Notes: generated by a model from the sequence alone, not told the origin. 32,535 nt of DNA from Elainellaceae cyanobacterium (GCA_051117555.1 JBNPEG010000018.1:1-32535), one strand, 5' to 3'. Positions 7,622 to 17,777 are shown, counted from the first letter of the stretch. A program made the numbers and translations.

Positions 7622-9114
7622 TAATTGTCTTCGAAAGACTGATCATAGCTGTCTAGCCCATCGATCTGCTCCAGCGAATCATCGATGACAAAATGCTCGA
7701 TGGGGTCTAAATCATTATCATCATCGTCAAATCGCCCCCTCAATTGAGAAAAGATTCGATAATTATCGACCAGAGTACTTGTGCGATCGCGCAGACTTTC
7801 CTCCGTCATATTCACCAAGTTATATTCAACGTTCTCGGCATAAATCGCCATCGTAACGTTAAAGATCTCGAAGAAGGTGATGACCCACTTGCACTCTTGT
7901 TCGCCAAACTTTTCGTAGTAACGAATGAGATCAGCAATCCGAGATTCGAGGTGAGTCCGCGCGTATCGACATATCAAAATAATCTTTAGTAAGATAACGA
8001 CCAGCGTGAGCGGGCTCCCCTGAGATATCAAGAGCGTAAAGAGGGGAGACGGTTCTCCATGGTTTTCTGTGGTTAGAAACTCAATGACTCGATTGGCTGT
8101 TCTCAACAAGAGTGCATCGTTAATCGTTCTCTCGTCATAGCCAGCATACAGCGTATCTAACTTGGCAGATAAATGGGTTTGTAGCGTCTGAATGACTTCA
8201 TTTTGTTCAATCGAGTAGACCAGGTATTCCTTCAGACTTCGCTTGAAATCAAGATACGTGAGATTTTGGGTTTGCTTGATAAAAATATTGGCAAGATTAG
8301 AATAAGTAAATGGCCCCCGACGTGCAACGATTGTTTTGATCAACCGCAGGCTCTCATCTCCTAACACGGTTGGGTTTCGACCAGACGTTACGTCGACGGA
8401 TTTTCTAGACGAACAGCGCGCTGTGTAAAGCGCCAAGTCAATCTTAAATCGTCGTTTTAGTGTTCGAGATAGGGCCCTAGCAGCTTCACGTTGCTCGGGT
8501 GAGTTCTCTAAATTTGCATACTGGGGCACCAGAAGATAAGACGCGTAGCGCTGACTCCAATGAACTCGATCAAATTCTTCATAACGAGATGCAAACAGCT
8601 GCAGCTCTCGAAAATCTTGACTCTCGATGAAGTTTTTGAGCCAATTTCTCAGTCGCTTCAGGGTCGGTGATGGCGTGTAGCGTTCGACCACTGCATCTGA
8701 GAACAACTCGATCAACTGCTGAATGTAATCATGATTGCGGCTAATGTCCCAGTTGTTAATCAAGATATAGCACGAGCGCTTAAGCGTATTCCTAAATTCG
8801 TGTTCTTGATTGGAAAAAACGATTTCGTACAACGCAGGAAGCAGAGCAGAGCCTGTCGTATTCGAATGGTAAATGAACAGATGCTTAAATTCATCTAAGA
8901 CTTCATCAGGCGGCCATGTTTTAACAACTTTGAGGAGATAGTCATAGATAGTTTCTTGCGCTAGCAGAACATCACGTTGAGACCAGCGCGTCTTCACTGA
9001 CGGGTTGGGTTGATAGTTGCCAGTCAATCGATCTCCAATCATTACGCTACTCACATCGATTTTGGGACTCAGCAAACCACAACTATAAACGCTAGACCGC
9101 AATAAATCTGTCAA
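7615..9114 (-). CDS. Hypothetical alpha-helical protein with acidic C-terminal tail; start uncertain, possibly ATG near 9042
   Basis: Long 499-codon ORF with helical composition; no catalytic motif recognised. Confidence 0.75.
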   Translation of the reverse strand: MTDLLRSSVYSCGLLSPKIDVSSVMIGDRLTGNYQPNPSVKTRWSQRDVLLAQETIYDYLLKVVKTWPPDEVLDEFKHLFIYHSNTTGSALLPALYEIVFSNQEHEFRNTLKRSCYILINNWDISRNHDYIQQLIELFSDAVVERYTPSPTLKRLRNWLKNFIESQDFRELQLFASRYEEFDRVHWSQRYASYLLVPQYANLENSPEQREAARALSRTLKRRFKIDLALYTARCSSRKSVDVTSGRNPTVLGDESLRLIKTIVARRGPFTYSNLANIFIKQTQNLTYLDFKRSLKEYLVYSIEQNEVIQTLQTHLSAKLDTLYAGYDERTINDALLLRTANRVIEFLTTENHGEPSPLFTLLISQGSPLTLVVILLKIILICRYARTHLESRIADLIRYYEKFGEQECKWVITFFEIFNVTMAIYAENVEYNLVNMTEESLRDRTSTLVDNYRIFSQLRGRFDDDDNDLDPIEHFVIDDSLEQIDGLDSYDQSFEDNYL

Positions 9115-9410
9115 AGTTGCTGTTGCTCAGTTTAGTAAATTCCAATTCTGGGATTATCTCAGTGATAATCATCACGAGCCAGAGCGCTGATTCCGGTAAT
9201 AGATGTATCGGATATGCCAGCAATTTTTGGGTAGATGCCTAGGGTACTGACTGTAGCCACGAGCTACTGAACCAGTATCGTGTATCAATTGTTCGATTAT
9301 GGATGTAATTCTGTAAGTATAAGGTGAATGATTGAGAATTTCACCTGCGCTTTTGATGATTTTTTGCTGAAGCAAAATTCTTTAAAGAGCTAAAGCAAAA
9401 TTTTTAAAGA

Positions 9411-9886
9411 TGGGGGCAGAGGGACTTGAACCCTCACGACCGTCTAAGGTCAACGGATTTTCATCCTCTCACAGCTTTCGCTGCTGTCGTTCAAGATTGC
9501 CTGAGCGACTTTGAGAATTGGACCCTCCCTTTACCCTCGACTTTACGTTAGGGTAGCTCCCGTCGGGTCTCTGCACCTTCCGACAGCGACTCGAGCATTG
9601 AGATTGAACGTTAATAGTTATTCTGAGGACATTTTGCCTCGAAGTAACGTCCAATAACCAGCGCCCACATCGTCTGATATCGGCTTGGCTCAGGATTGCC
9701 TTATTCTAAACTTAGGCTACGAAGCCTTGGGACAAGATGAAACACAAGCGGTTTGCTTGAACCCAAAACGCGAATCCATAGTCTTGAACTTAGGTTTCCC
9801 TGAATTTGAGAGCATTCACTTGACAGATTTCTCCGCCAAGGCTCAGATTTCTAAGTCCGTAGCGTCTACCATTCCGCCATGCCCCC
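9411..9886 (-). tRNA. trnL: tRNA-Leu(UAA) split by a group I intron (exons 9886-9853 and 9461-9411)
   Basis: 5' exon GGGGGCATGGCGGAATGGTAGACGCTACGGACTT; 3' exon AAAATCCGTTGACC...GGTTCAAGTCCCTCTGCCCCCA; acceptor stem GGGGGCA/TGCCCCC. Confidence 0.97.
9462..9852 (-). ncRNA. Group I self-splicing intron in the tRNA-Leu anticodon, 391 nt
   Basis: Core elements AATTCAGGGAAACCTA (P), GGCAATCCTGAGCC (Q), GGTGCAGAGACCCGACGG (R) and AAAGGGAGGGTCC (S). Preceded by U and ends in G. Confidence 0.95.
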
Positions 9887-10125
9887 ACAAATTATTCGAT
9901 ATGAATTTGGGGTTTATTTAGTTGCCTGTATTATTCCAGCACTATTTGGTGCATCTGTGCAACGTCTTCAGCAAAAATATAAGTAATTCGATAGAGTTAT
10001 ATTGGCAGACTTGAAGAGAAATTGCAGAGTTTTCTTGGTTTAACGCCCATTTTAGGATTTGAGAAGCGGTAGAATCTAAACCAAGACCTTTCAAACCCCG
10101 TTGTCACTCAACTGAATTCACCCTG

Positions 10126-10365
10126 ATGGATACTGCATTATCAATGGATACTCTGCTCGTCATAGGGCTCTACGTAGGATTAGGTGGAGCGTACCTGATT
10201 GTTCTGCCGCTTTTGACCTTCTTCTATTTGAAAAAGCGTTGGAATACCGCAAGCTCTATCGAGCGGATGCTGATGTATTTCTTTGTGTTTTTCTGCTTTC
10301 CTGGGATGCTATTGCTGAGCCCGTTTCTTAATTTTCGCCCTAAGAAGCGTCAGATTCAGACATAG
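10126..10365 (+). CDS. ndhL: NDH-1 subunit L
   Basis: YLKKRW..ASSIER.LMYFFVFFCFPGMLLLSPFLNFRP signature. Confidence 0.93.
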   Translation: MDTALSMDTLLVIGLYVGLGGAYLIVLPLLTFFYLKKRWNTASSIERMLMYFFVFFCFPGMLLLSPFLNFRPKKRQIQT

Positions 10366-10386
10366 GTGGGATGATATTAAAGCCAC

Positions 10387-10737
10387 ATGCGACGAATTGA
10401 CGTAATCGGAGTTGGGATTGGTATCTTTTTGGCTGGCGGGCTGGTTTATCTGGTTCTCCAGTTTTCTGGCTTAAATAGTGTCAATGCCGGAATCTGGACG
10501 CAGGTTCTATTGGTAGGCGGGCTGATTGGTTGGTTATTGACATATTTGGTGCGAGCGGTTACTGGCACAATGACCTATAACCAGCAGCTCAAAGACTATG
10601 AAGACGCGGTGTTGCAAAAGCGATTGGATGAGATGACATCAGAGGAACTGGCTGCACTGCAAGCGAAGCTCGAACATGAGCAATGTAATGAGCAGTCTGG
10701 TGAAACGGAGCGATCGCCATCGTCCTCTGATTCTTGA
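10387..10737 (+). CDS. DUF3007 family membrane protein
   Basis: MRRIDVI, two TM segments, MTYNQQLKDYEDAVLQKRL; occupies the usual position between ndhL and trpA. Confidence 0.88.
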   Translation: MRRIDVIGVGIGIFLAGGLVYLVLQFSGLNSVNAGIWTQVLLVGGLIGWLLTYLVRAVTGTMTYNQQLKDYEDAVLQKRLDEMTSEELAALQAKLEHEQCNEQSGETERSPSSSDS

Positions 10738-10842
10738 CGTGCTCAATGTAGGAGTTCTAGTAACAACGGCGCGCTTTTCGGTAAGCTTATGAGATGCTTC
10801 TCATGAAGCGATGTGATTATTAATTCGGGCGGAAGGATTAGC

Positions 10843-11643
10843 ATGGTTTCAGTTTCTGGGTGCATCAATGCTCTGCGCGATCGCGGACAATGTGCCCTCA
10901 TTCCTTTTATCACAGCAGGCGATCCGGATTTATCAACAACCGCCGAAGCGCTTCAGGTGTTAGATCGCAACGGTGCCGATTTGATCGAATTGGGAGTTCC
11001 ATATTCTGATCCGCTGGCGGATGGTCCTGTCATTCAGGCTGCTGCGACTCGGGCATTGCGCCGTGGAACCCGACTTGATCAGGTGCTAAATCTCGTTAAA
11101 GAGGTCAGCCCTAGCTTGAGAGCGCCGATTATTCTATTCACGTATTACAACCCAATTTTGAACCGAGGAATTGAGTCCTTTTTCCAGCAAATTTCAAATG
11201 CTGGGGTTAAAGGCTTGGTTGTTCCTGATTTGCCTTTCGAAGAGGTGGAAAACCTGTTGCAATCTGCCGCTTACTGGGGAATCGAAATCACCCTACTCGT
11301 TGCGCCAACAAGCCCCAAAGATCGAATTCTGGCGATCGCCAGCCAGTCTCAAGGCTTTATTTATCTGGTGAGCGTCACAGGCGTTACAGGTATGAGAAAA
11401 TCGGTTGAAACGCGAGTTCAAGACTTGCTGATGGATTTGCACATCGTAACGGATAAGCCAATTGGCGTTGGTTTCGGCATTTCTCAGCCCGGACAAGCAC
11501 AGCAGGTCAGGGAATGGGGAGCCGATGCCGTGATTGTGGGAAGCGCGTTTGTCAAGCGGCTTGCGGAAGGCAGTCAATCTCAAGGACTGCAAGCGATCGA
11601 AGCATTTTGTAGCAGTTTGAAAACCGCAGTGTCATCTGCATAG
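10843..11643 (+). CDS. trpA: Tryptophan synthase alpha subunit
   Basis: Motifs [33 protein letters not shown] and VGFGIS. ATG at 10843 follows AAGGA; the ORF track starts at 10813. Confidence 0.97.
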   Translation: MVSVSGCINALRDRGQCALIPFITAGDPDLSTTAEALQVLDRNGADLIELGVPYSDPLADGPVIQAAATRALRRGTRLDQVLNLVKEVSPSLRAPIILFTYYNPILNRGIESFFQQISNAGVKGLVVPDLPFEEVENLLQSAAYWGIEITLLVAPTSPKDRILAIASQSQGFIYLVSVTGVTGMRKSVETRVQDLLMDLHIVTDKPIGVGFGISQPGQAQQVREWGADAVIVGSAFVKRLAEGSQSQGLQAIEAFCSSLKTAVSSA

Positions 11644-11646
11644 CGA

Positions 11647-12141
11647 TTAAGCAACCCGGTTACGAATGCCATTGACTTGAACTGATCGACTCGCAATAGT
11701 TGCTTCATGGGGTTCAAGCTGTACGAACACCTTTCCCGACAAAAAGCGCCCCAGTGCAGAGCGACGATAAACGATGACATCGTCGTCTACATTGTCTGGA
11801 GAATCAACCACCTCATAGCCCATCTCAGACAACGCAGAATCCAAAGTTTTAACAAATTTATCTCGGTTGGTAAATGCAACTGAGAAACTGGTCGTGCGGT
11901 TGAAATAGCCACCGAGAAGCCCTGCTAGCAATCCGATTACAACGCCAATTTGTTGAGGAATTCCAGTGCCAACGCTCAAATCAAGCCCTTTTGAAGTAAT
12001 GAACGTCGTTAGCAGCGCCGTTGTCGAGAAATAGTACAAAAATGTGGCTAAAAATCCCGGACCAAATCGGTTTGAGCGATCTTCCATTCGTAGCCTCGGT
12101 GTTGCAGTGGGGTTGGTTAAACAAGCATCTTGCTGATCCAA
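11647..12141 (-). CDS. Hypothetical protein with two TM segments and a C-terminal alpha/beta domain
   Basis: Hydrophobic stretches FLATFLYYFSTTALLTTFI and IGVVIGLLAGLLGGYF. Start may be the later ATG (MEDRS). Confidence 0.7.
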   Translation of the reverse strand: MDQQDACLTNPTATPRLRMEDRSNRFGPGFLATFLYYFSTTALLTTFITSKGLDLSVGTGIPQQIGVVIGLLAGLLGGYFNRTTSFSVAFTNRDKFVKTLDSALSEMGYEVVDSPDNVDDDVIVYRRSALGRFLSGKVFVQLEPHEATIASRSVQVNGIRNRVA

Positions 12142-12234
12142 TGAATCAGAGTCTTAAGAGGTCAAAGCCTTAAGATATCAGATTTAGGGCGTAGCGCGAT
12201 CGCTTCGTTTTACAACAGTTTAGATTATTGAGAA

Positions 12235-12326
12235 TATAGCAATCTCACATAGGTTGTGAGTGGTGGGGCGGGCGGCGCCTGCCCCACCACTCACACACAA
12301 TTCACAAACGATTCAGGATCGCTATA
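12235..12326. mobile_element. 92-bp MITE/REP-like element, copy A
   Basis: Ends TATAGCAATC and GATCGCTATA; internal hairpin TGTGAGTGGTGGGGC...GCCCCACCACTCACA. Near-identical reverse complement of 19729-19820. Confidence 0.85.
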
Positions 12327-12714
12327 TAAATTCTGTCTAAATACGGATGCAATAGATGCGGTCGGAAATATACGGGCGATCGCAATTTTTACTCGCCCTA
12401 ACATCAAGTGGTTGATAGCAATTGATTGGCATCAATTTAAGGCAAAGAAAACTACTTTTGAACATCAACCACAAGCCAGTTTTAAATCAGTATCTCCACA
12501 TAGCCGACTATTCCAAATTTAAAAACTTTAAATTTAAAATGAACCTTATCATTAGCATTTTAGAGAAACTTGCAATTGGATAAAATACCGAAATTCCCTA
12601 AGATTAAGTATACAAATTTGCGTATTTATTGCGTTAAAATTAGCCATTTTGCGGATTACAGTTGTGCACACAGGGTCTTCAAGATCTGAATTCAAATCAT
12701 TAGATGTACAACAC

Positions 12715-14268
12715 ATGAACAACCCAATCAGCGAAACCGAAAATTCTGATATTCTACTTGGTTCTGTTCTTGACGAACCGCTACTAAATCCAGAAATTGG
12801 TAATCCTATGAATCGGGCACGACGCTCGATTTCATCTCGTCCTGAGCGATCGGGCAAGCGGCTATTTGGAACGCGTGGTAACGATCGCCTACAGGGAACA
12901 ACTCGAAACGATACGCTGACAGGTGGCAACGGAAATGACCGCTTGATTGGCAGACGTGGCAATGACCGACTCAAGGGAGGACGAGGTAAAGATGTCTTAA
13001 TGGGTGGTGATGGCGATGATATTTATGTGGTCACAGATGCAAAGGACATCATTAAAGAAAGACGCAATAAAGGGATTGACTTGGTGCGCTCGAAGGTCAA
13101 TTTCGTCTTGCACAAGAATTTGGAAAACTTGACTCTCAAAGGAGGGAAAGATCTCAAAGGAACGGGCAATAATCTCAATAATCGCATTCAAGGAAATCGA
13201 GGTAATAATATCCTCGATGGCAAGGCAGGAGCTGATATCTTAATCGGTGGAGCAGGCAACGACATCTATATTGTTGATGACATTAATGATGTCGTTATCG
13301 AGGGTGTAAATGGTGGATTTGATATCATTAGAACCACTCTCAATACCTATGCATTACCTGCTCACGTCGAACATATCGAGTTTGTGGGAGTCGGCAGTTT
13401 TAACTTTAGCGGCGAAAATTCCGGCAATACCGTCATGGGAGGGAATAGCGCCGATGATATGACTGGCGGCTCAGGGGAAGATGATTTATCAGGTGGTAGT
13501 GGTGATGATACCCTCTCGGGGGGCGATGGCAATGACATTCTCGACGGTGGTTTAGGAGAGGATACACTCGTTGGCGGTTTGGGTGACGATATCTATTTTG
13601 TTGATAGCGCCTTTGATACCGTTCAAGAATCTGTTGATGGCGGTATTGATCTTGTAAGATCCACCGTTGACTATGTTCTTGGGACCAATGTCGAAAACCT
13701 CGAATTGCTGGGTGAGGGCAACCTCGTTGGCACTGGAAATGACCTGATAAACACCATCACCGGAAACGGTGGAAATAATATTTTAAGGGGTGGACTTGGC
13801 GACGATGTACTGCTCGGTGGAGATGGCGACGATACACTCATTGGCGGCAGCGGTATAGACACATTAACGGGGGGCGCAGGCAGCGATATCTTCGCGCTGA
13901 CAAACTTGGATGGCGATATGATTTCAGACTTTGATCCAGCGAAGGATGTGATTGTATTGGCTCAAGACACCATCGGTAGTCTGCTTGGTTTGGTCGGTAG
14001 TGTCGTAGGCGGGGTGCTAGGGGCAGACAGCTTGAGAACAGTAGCAACCGATGCTGAAGCATCAGAGGGCGCTAGTCTTCTCAATCCGGCCCGTTTACTC
14101 TACAGCCAAGAGAGCGGCAAATTATTTGTCGATGCAGACGGTGCTAGCCTGCTGGGAGGAGGCAATGGGTTAGGTAGCGGAGGAGGACTACTAGCCAAGG
14201 TTGAAAATGGGCTTGGGACCGCACCTATGTTAACGAATCTGAATTTTTTGGTTGATTCAGTCATTTGA
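12715..14268 (+). CDS. RTX (hemolysin-type Ca-binding repeat) protein, probable type I secretion substrate
   Basis: Many GGxGxDxL nonapeptides, ENLTL.G...GTGN.LNN.I.GN.GNN.L blocks and a DMISDF...D.I.L C-terminal region. ATG at 12715; the ORF track starts at 12649. Confidence 0.9.
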   Translation: MNNPISETENSDILLGSVLDEPLLNPEIGNPMNRARRSISSRPERSGKRLFGTRGNDRLQGTTRNDTLTGGNGNDRLIGRRGNDRLKGGRGKDVLMGGDGDDIYVVTDAKDIIKERRNKGIDLVRSKVNFVLHKNLENLTLKGGKDLKGTGNNLNNRIQGNRGNNILDGKAGADILIGGAGNDIYIVDDINDVVIEGVNGGFDIIRTTLNTYALPAHVEHIEFVGVGSFNFSGENSGNTVMGGNSADDMTGGSGEDDLSGGSGDDTLSGGDGNDILDGGLGEDTLVGGLGDDIYFVDSAFDTVQESVDGGIDLVRSTVDYVLGTNVENLELLGEGNLVGTGNDLINTITGNGGNNILRGGLGDDVLLGGDGDDTLIGGSGIDTLTGGAGSDIFALTNLDGDMISDFDPAKDVIVLAQDTIGSLLGLVGSVVGGVLGADSLRTVATDAEASEGASLLNPARLLYSQESGKLFVDADGASLLGGGNGLGSGGGLLAKVENGLGTAPMLTNLNFLVDSVI

Positions 14269-14324
14269 TTCAGCACTGATTCCCCTTTCCCATTCTCCTT
14301 ATATAGCCTCATAAGCTTTGATTT

Positions 14325-14360
14325 ATGTGTAGAACCTTCCTGTGCAGGGGTTCTACACAT
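14325..14360 (+). terminator. Hairpin, likely terminator of the RTX gene
   Basis: 12-bp perfect stem ATGTGTAGAACC/GGTTCTACACAT followed by GTTTGACTTTT. Confidence 0.6.
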
Positions 14361-14385
14361 GTTTGACTTTTGATGCGAGAGCATA

Positions 14386-14725
14386 TATAGCAATCCTAAA
14401 TCATTCATGAAACGGGAGTGCGGGCATCTTGTCCGCGTTGGCACGCCTCTCCATATTTTTGTAGCGGCAGTTGTAGACGCATAGCGGATTCTCGCAGAGT
14501 AACTGCTGCTACACATAAAAAGGCGGCCTCCGCCAGCATCCAAAGTTTTGTCAGTCAATCAGGATACATACTTCGTTGCATCGGCCACGCAAGTTGTCCT
14601 AGCGTGTAGTTCATGTGCTCAGGACTTACACGGTTTGCAGTTGTATCGAGTATAAGACCTAATGGTGTAGGGACACGGCGACCCCTACGCCACCGTACTT
14701 AACTCAAGCGCATAGTGCTGCTATA
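14386..14725. repeat. Composite of small dispersed-repeat/MITE remnants
   Basis: Starts TATAGCAATCCTAAATC, matching the end at 19729 (TATAGCGATCCTAAATC). Contains GCGGGCATCTTGTCCGC, AGGACTTACAC..GTATAAGACCT and GTAGGG..CCCTAC palindromes; ends GCTATA. Confidence 0.55.
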
Positions 14726-14795
14726 TGACTAGTACTGTTTGGCAAAAATAATCCAACCATTTAAGTGCGGACATCTTGTACTAGACAGTTTCAAT

Positions 14796-15587
14796 CTATG
14801 CGAAGGGCGTTCCAAAATCTTGAGTCCAATAATGGTCGTAGTTAACCATTCCTGTATCGTTGGATAGATGATAATAGCCAATGCCGATTTCCTTTAAGTC
14901 AGGATTCAAAATATTGGCTCGGTGTCCTGGGCTATTCATCCAACCGTCTACAGTCGCATCTGGAGTGGAATGCCCCGCAGCGACATTCTCAGCAATTGTC
15001 CAATACTGGTATCCAGTTGCACGAACGCGATCGCCCATATTAGACCCATCCGGGGCAACATGACCCACAAAGTCAGAGTTCGCCATGTTTTCACTGTGAG
15101 CTTGAGCTGCCTGAGTCAGTTTTTGATTCAGTGTGAGGGGTTGAAACCCAACCTGTTGGCGATAGAGATTCGTCAGTTCTAATACCCGTTGAACGAATGG
15201 GTGAAGGGTGGTTTTTGCCGATTGTGTCGAAAGCGGAGGGGATGCCGACGTGACCGACAATTGCAACTTGTATTTCGTATTTCCTCTGTCTCGATACACT
15301 CGGACATAGTACGTTCCCGTTTCAAGCGTGAGATTCAGCGATTCTCGCTTGCTCCCTCGTCGAGTGGAGCGGTCAACTGCGCGACCTTGTTTCGTGAGTA
15401 GCTCGACGTTAGCATCTGCTCGTAGTTGGGAAAGCACGACGTTAACATTACTACTCCGTGTGAGGCGAAGTTTGTAATAATCGCTGTGATCTGCCTTACC
15501 TACCCAATCTTTAAAGACACGATTACCAGATTGCACTCTAACAGTGCGAGCCTGACGTAGACTGTCTCCAGCATAATCAACTGGCAT
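14796..15587 (-). CDS. PPC (pre-peptidase C-terminal) domain plus CAP/SCP domain protein
   Basis: N-terminal DWVG..D.SDYYK...GTYYVRVY....YKL; C-terminal AAQAHSENM, AENVAAG, WMNSPGHRANIL and YWTQDFG. Confidence 0.9.
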   Translation of the reverse strand: MPVDYAGDSLRQARTVRVQSGNRVFKDWVGKADHSDYYKLRLTRSSNVNVVLSQLRADANVELLTKQGRAVDRSTRRGSKRESLNLTLETGTYYVRVYRDRGNTKYKLQLSVTSASPPLSTQSAKTTLHPFVQRVLELTNLYRQQVGFQPLTLNQKLTQAAQAHSENMANSDFVGHVAPDGSNMGDRVRATGYQYWTIAENVAAGHSTPDATVDGWMNSPGHRANILNPDLKEIGIGYYHLSNDTGMVNYDHYWTQDFGTPFA

Positions 15588-15760
15588 AGCTGTGCTCCTA
15601 GACGCGCTTGTTCTTAGCGTTCCCGGAGGACACAGTCGATCGAGTCAGTGATTTCGTCTAATTTTATACGTCTCGACAGAGGAATACGTAGTTTTGCGGT
15701 CAACTATTCCCTCAAGCTGCTAGATATTGTGACATTCAGACTTAAGTTTGTTGCGTGCAA

Positions 15761-16657
15761 TCAATATTTTTGCATCCACTCGATACACTGCTGCATTTGC
15801 TGATGCATGGTTTCCCGATCTGCACGGTAGCGACGACCATGTCCAGGCAGTACCCATTCAAACGAATAAGTCGCTAGCCTCTGCATTGAGCGGGTGAGTT
15901 CAGACCAGGAGTACCAGCATGCTCGGCGAAAGGCGATCAAATGATTCAACTGATCAGACCATGCCAAATGATCCCCACTAAACAGGATGGCATCGCGATA
16001 CAGCAAAACGGTGTGCCCTTTTGTGTGTCCTGGAACCGGAATGATGACTAAATCAGGGGCAAGTCGAACCGGAACAAAACCCGATAGCTGAATCTCGACA
16101 GAGCGAGTTCCTGAACTGATGTCATCGATGTGGAGAATGCGATCGCACGGAACTCCCGCAGGATTGTTGTGAGTGAAGTGGTCGTGGAACTTTTGGTGAT
16201 CAGCGACATCATCGCGGTGAGTCAAATAGATATAGCGAATGCCACCCATGTCTTCGAGTTGCTTGACTAGGGGAGGAGAAAAGCGAGGCGAATCCACTAA
16301 TATATTTCCGTCAGCCCGTCGGATAAAGTAGCTAGCAGCGCCAAATGATTGCTCTGAATGATAGCCGCAGTGATAGACATCATCCGTCACAGGAGTCGGA
16401 AAACTATGTTGAATGTCACGGATATCGGTAGGTTTATCGACTGTCCCGATTGAAGCGGTGGGGCACGCTAATAAGGCTTGCATTGCGCTACGATATTCGT
16501 CTGAGTTGGTGGGCTGATGGTGAACCACAGACTGCCCTTCTACACGGGAAAAGATGTCGGGAGCCATCCAGCGACACGTATCACAGTCGATGCAGGTGCG
16601 ATCGACATAGACGTTACCGTCTACATTTTGAGGTCGTCGTTGAGCTAAGCGAGCCAT
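15761..16657 (-). CDS. Ferredoxin-fused metallo-beta-lactamase-fold hydrolase
   Basis: CIDCDTC...ACP ferredoxin motif; THRDDVADH, PGHTKGH, FSGDH and PGHG. SD AGGAGG upstream. Confidence 0.9.
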   Translation of the reverse strand: MARLAQRRPQNVDGNVYVDRTCIDCDTCRWMAPDIFSRVEGQSVVHHQPTNSDEYRSAMQALLACPTASIGTVDKPTDIRDIQHSFPTPVTDDVYHCGYHSEQSFGAASYFIRRADGNILVDSPRFSPPLVKQLEDMGGIRYIYLTHRDDVADHQKFHDHFTHNNPAGVPCDRILHIDDISSGTRSVEIQLSGFVPVRLAPDLVIIPVPGHTKGHTVLLYRDAILFSGDHLAWSDQLNHLIAFRRACWYSWSELTRSMQRLATYSFEWVLPGHGRRYRADRETMHQQMQQCIEWMQKY

Positions 16658-16921
16658 AATGTCCTCCTGGAATTGAGCCTGGCCTCTTCTTCCAGGCTAC
16701 ACAGTGGACTCATCACTCGGCGTATTGCATTAATACCAATTCTTCGAATTTCAAACGCCACGTGAATGCTGCGGCAAGACTAGCAGCATTCATAGCGGCT
16801 GGCGGAGCGAGAAACGGCTTTTAATCTTAACAGGAAGTATGGAAAGGAAATCGAGGCAGTTTCAAACATCAGGGACGATGCCGCGATCGCCCTTTAAGAT
16901 TTTTAGATGAGTTATCTACTA

Positions 16922-17572
16922 CTAAGATGCGTCATCCTCTTCGACTAATTCGGTGTTGACCTCGTTCACCTGTTTACGCTTAAGCTCAACTGATTTTGAT
17001 CGCGGCAGTAAGTCAAATACTTCTCTGAAAGTATCGTCGATTCTTTCAAAGGGAGTATTCCCAATCTCGTTGAATACGACCTCGCCTGATTGGTTAAGTA
17101 AAACAGTTTGAGGCACCAAGCCTTCGTAGTAATAGCCGGGCTCAATCGGCTCGTAGGTTGCTTTTGGAAAAATGGTATCGACGTTAACGGCAATCAGGTC
17201 AGCAGCACGACCATAAAACGCGTCAACTTGGGACACCACTGACGCATACTCTTTGCAATCTCGGCTATCAGGAATATAAAACACTAACAGAGTGGGGCGA
17301 TCGCCCCGTTTTAGAGACTCTTTGAGAGAGAGTCGGGGCGGAATCAGAGAACCGTTGCCTGCATAGAGGGCAAAGATATTGCCGTCATAGCGATCGTCAG
17401 TTAATTCTGCGATCGCCGGGGCCACTGCAATTGAACTGATGCCAAAGACGCTAATCAAGCCAACGATGATGCTGCGAATGGCGATCGCCCGATGCAACCT
17501 GAGCCATCGCTGAAACGTTGATATCACAAACGCGCACCCGCTAACGAACCAAGATAAAAGAGACATGACCAT
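16922..17572 (-). CDS. Thioredoxin-like thylakoid protein (photosystem I accumulation factor family)
   Basis: Signal-like N-terminus (A.AIA), DDRYDGNIFALYAGNGSLIPP, single-Cys DSRDCK and cis-Pro VPQTV. Confidence 0.75.
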   Translation of the reverse strand: MVMSLLSWFVSGCAFVISTFQRWLRLHRAIAIRSIIVGLISVFGISSIAVAPAIAELTDDRYDGNIFALYAGNGSLIPPRLSLKESLKRGDRPTLLVFYIPDSRDCKEYASVVSQVDAFYGRAADLIAVNVDTIFPKATYEPIEPGYYYEGLVPQTVLLNQSGEVVFNEIGNTPFERIDDTFREVFDLLPRSKSVELKRKQVNEVNTELVEEDDAS

Positions 17573-17777
17573 AAATTCTCAAACAGTTTTTAAACAGCAA
17601 ACTCACAAAACTCTATGCTGCCCGCGCAGCAATGCGGGGTTTTGTGTCGGGTTTTTAATGATGGCGAGGTACTGAGTTCTTAGTGGTAAGGACTAGCACT
17701 TTTGACATTTTGCCCTATTGCTTGACTCATTGGAGAAGGATCAGGAGAACAAATAACGCACTAGGCCGATGTATAAA

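Noticed and set aside
9172..9921. Small ORFs at 9172-9375, 9469-9654 and 9685-9921 as an intron-encoded homing endonuclease
   Set aside because: Short, with no LAGLIDADG, HNH or GIY-YIG motif; two overlap conserved ribozyme core.
12256..12522. 88-aa ORF
   Set aside because: Starts inside the 92-bp element and runs through AT-rich promoter DNA.
14100..14609. ORFs 14100-14558 and 14418-14609
   Set aside because: Antisense to the RTX gene or built from repeat remnants.
16763..16792. 10-bp inverted repeat TGAATGCTGC/GCAGCATTCA
   Set aside because: No U tract and no recognisable operator; function cannot be supported.
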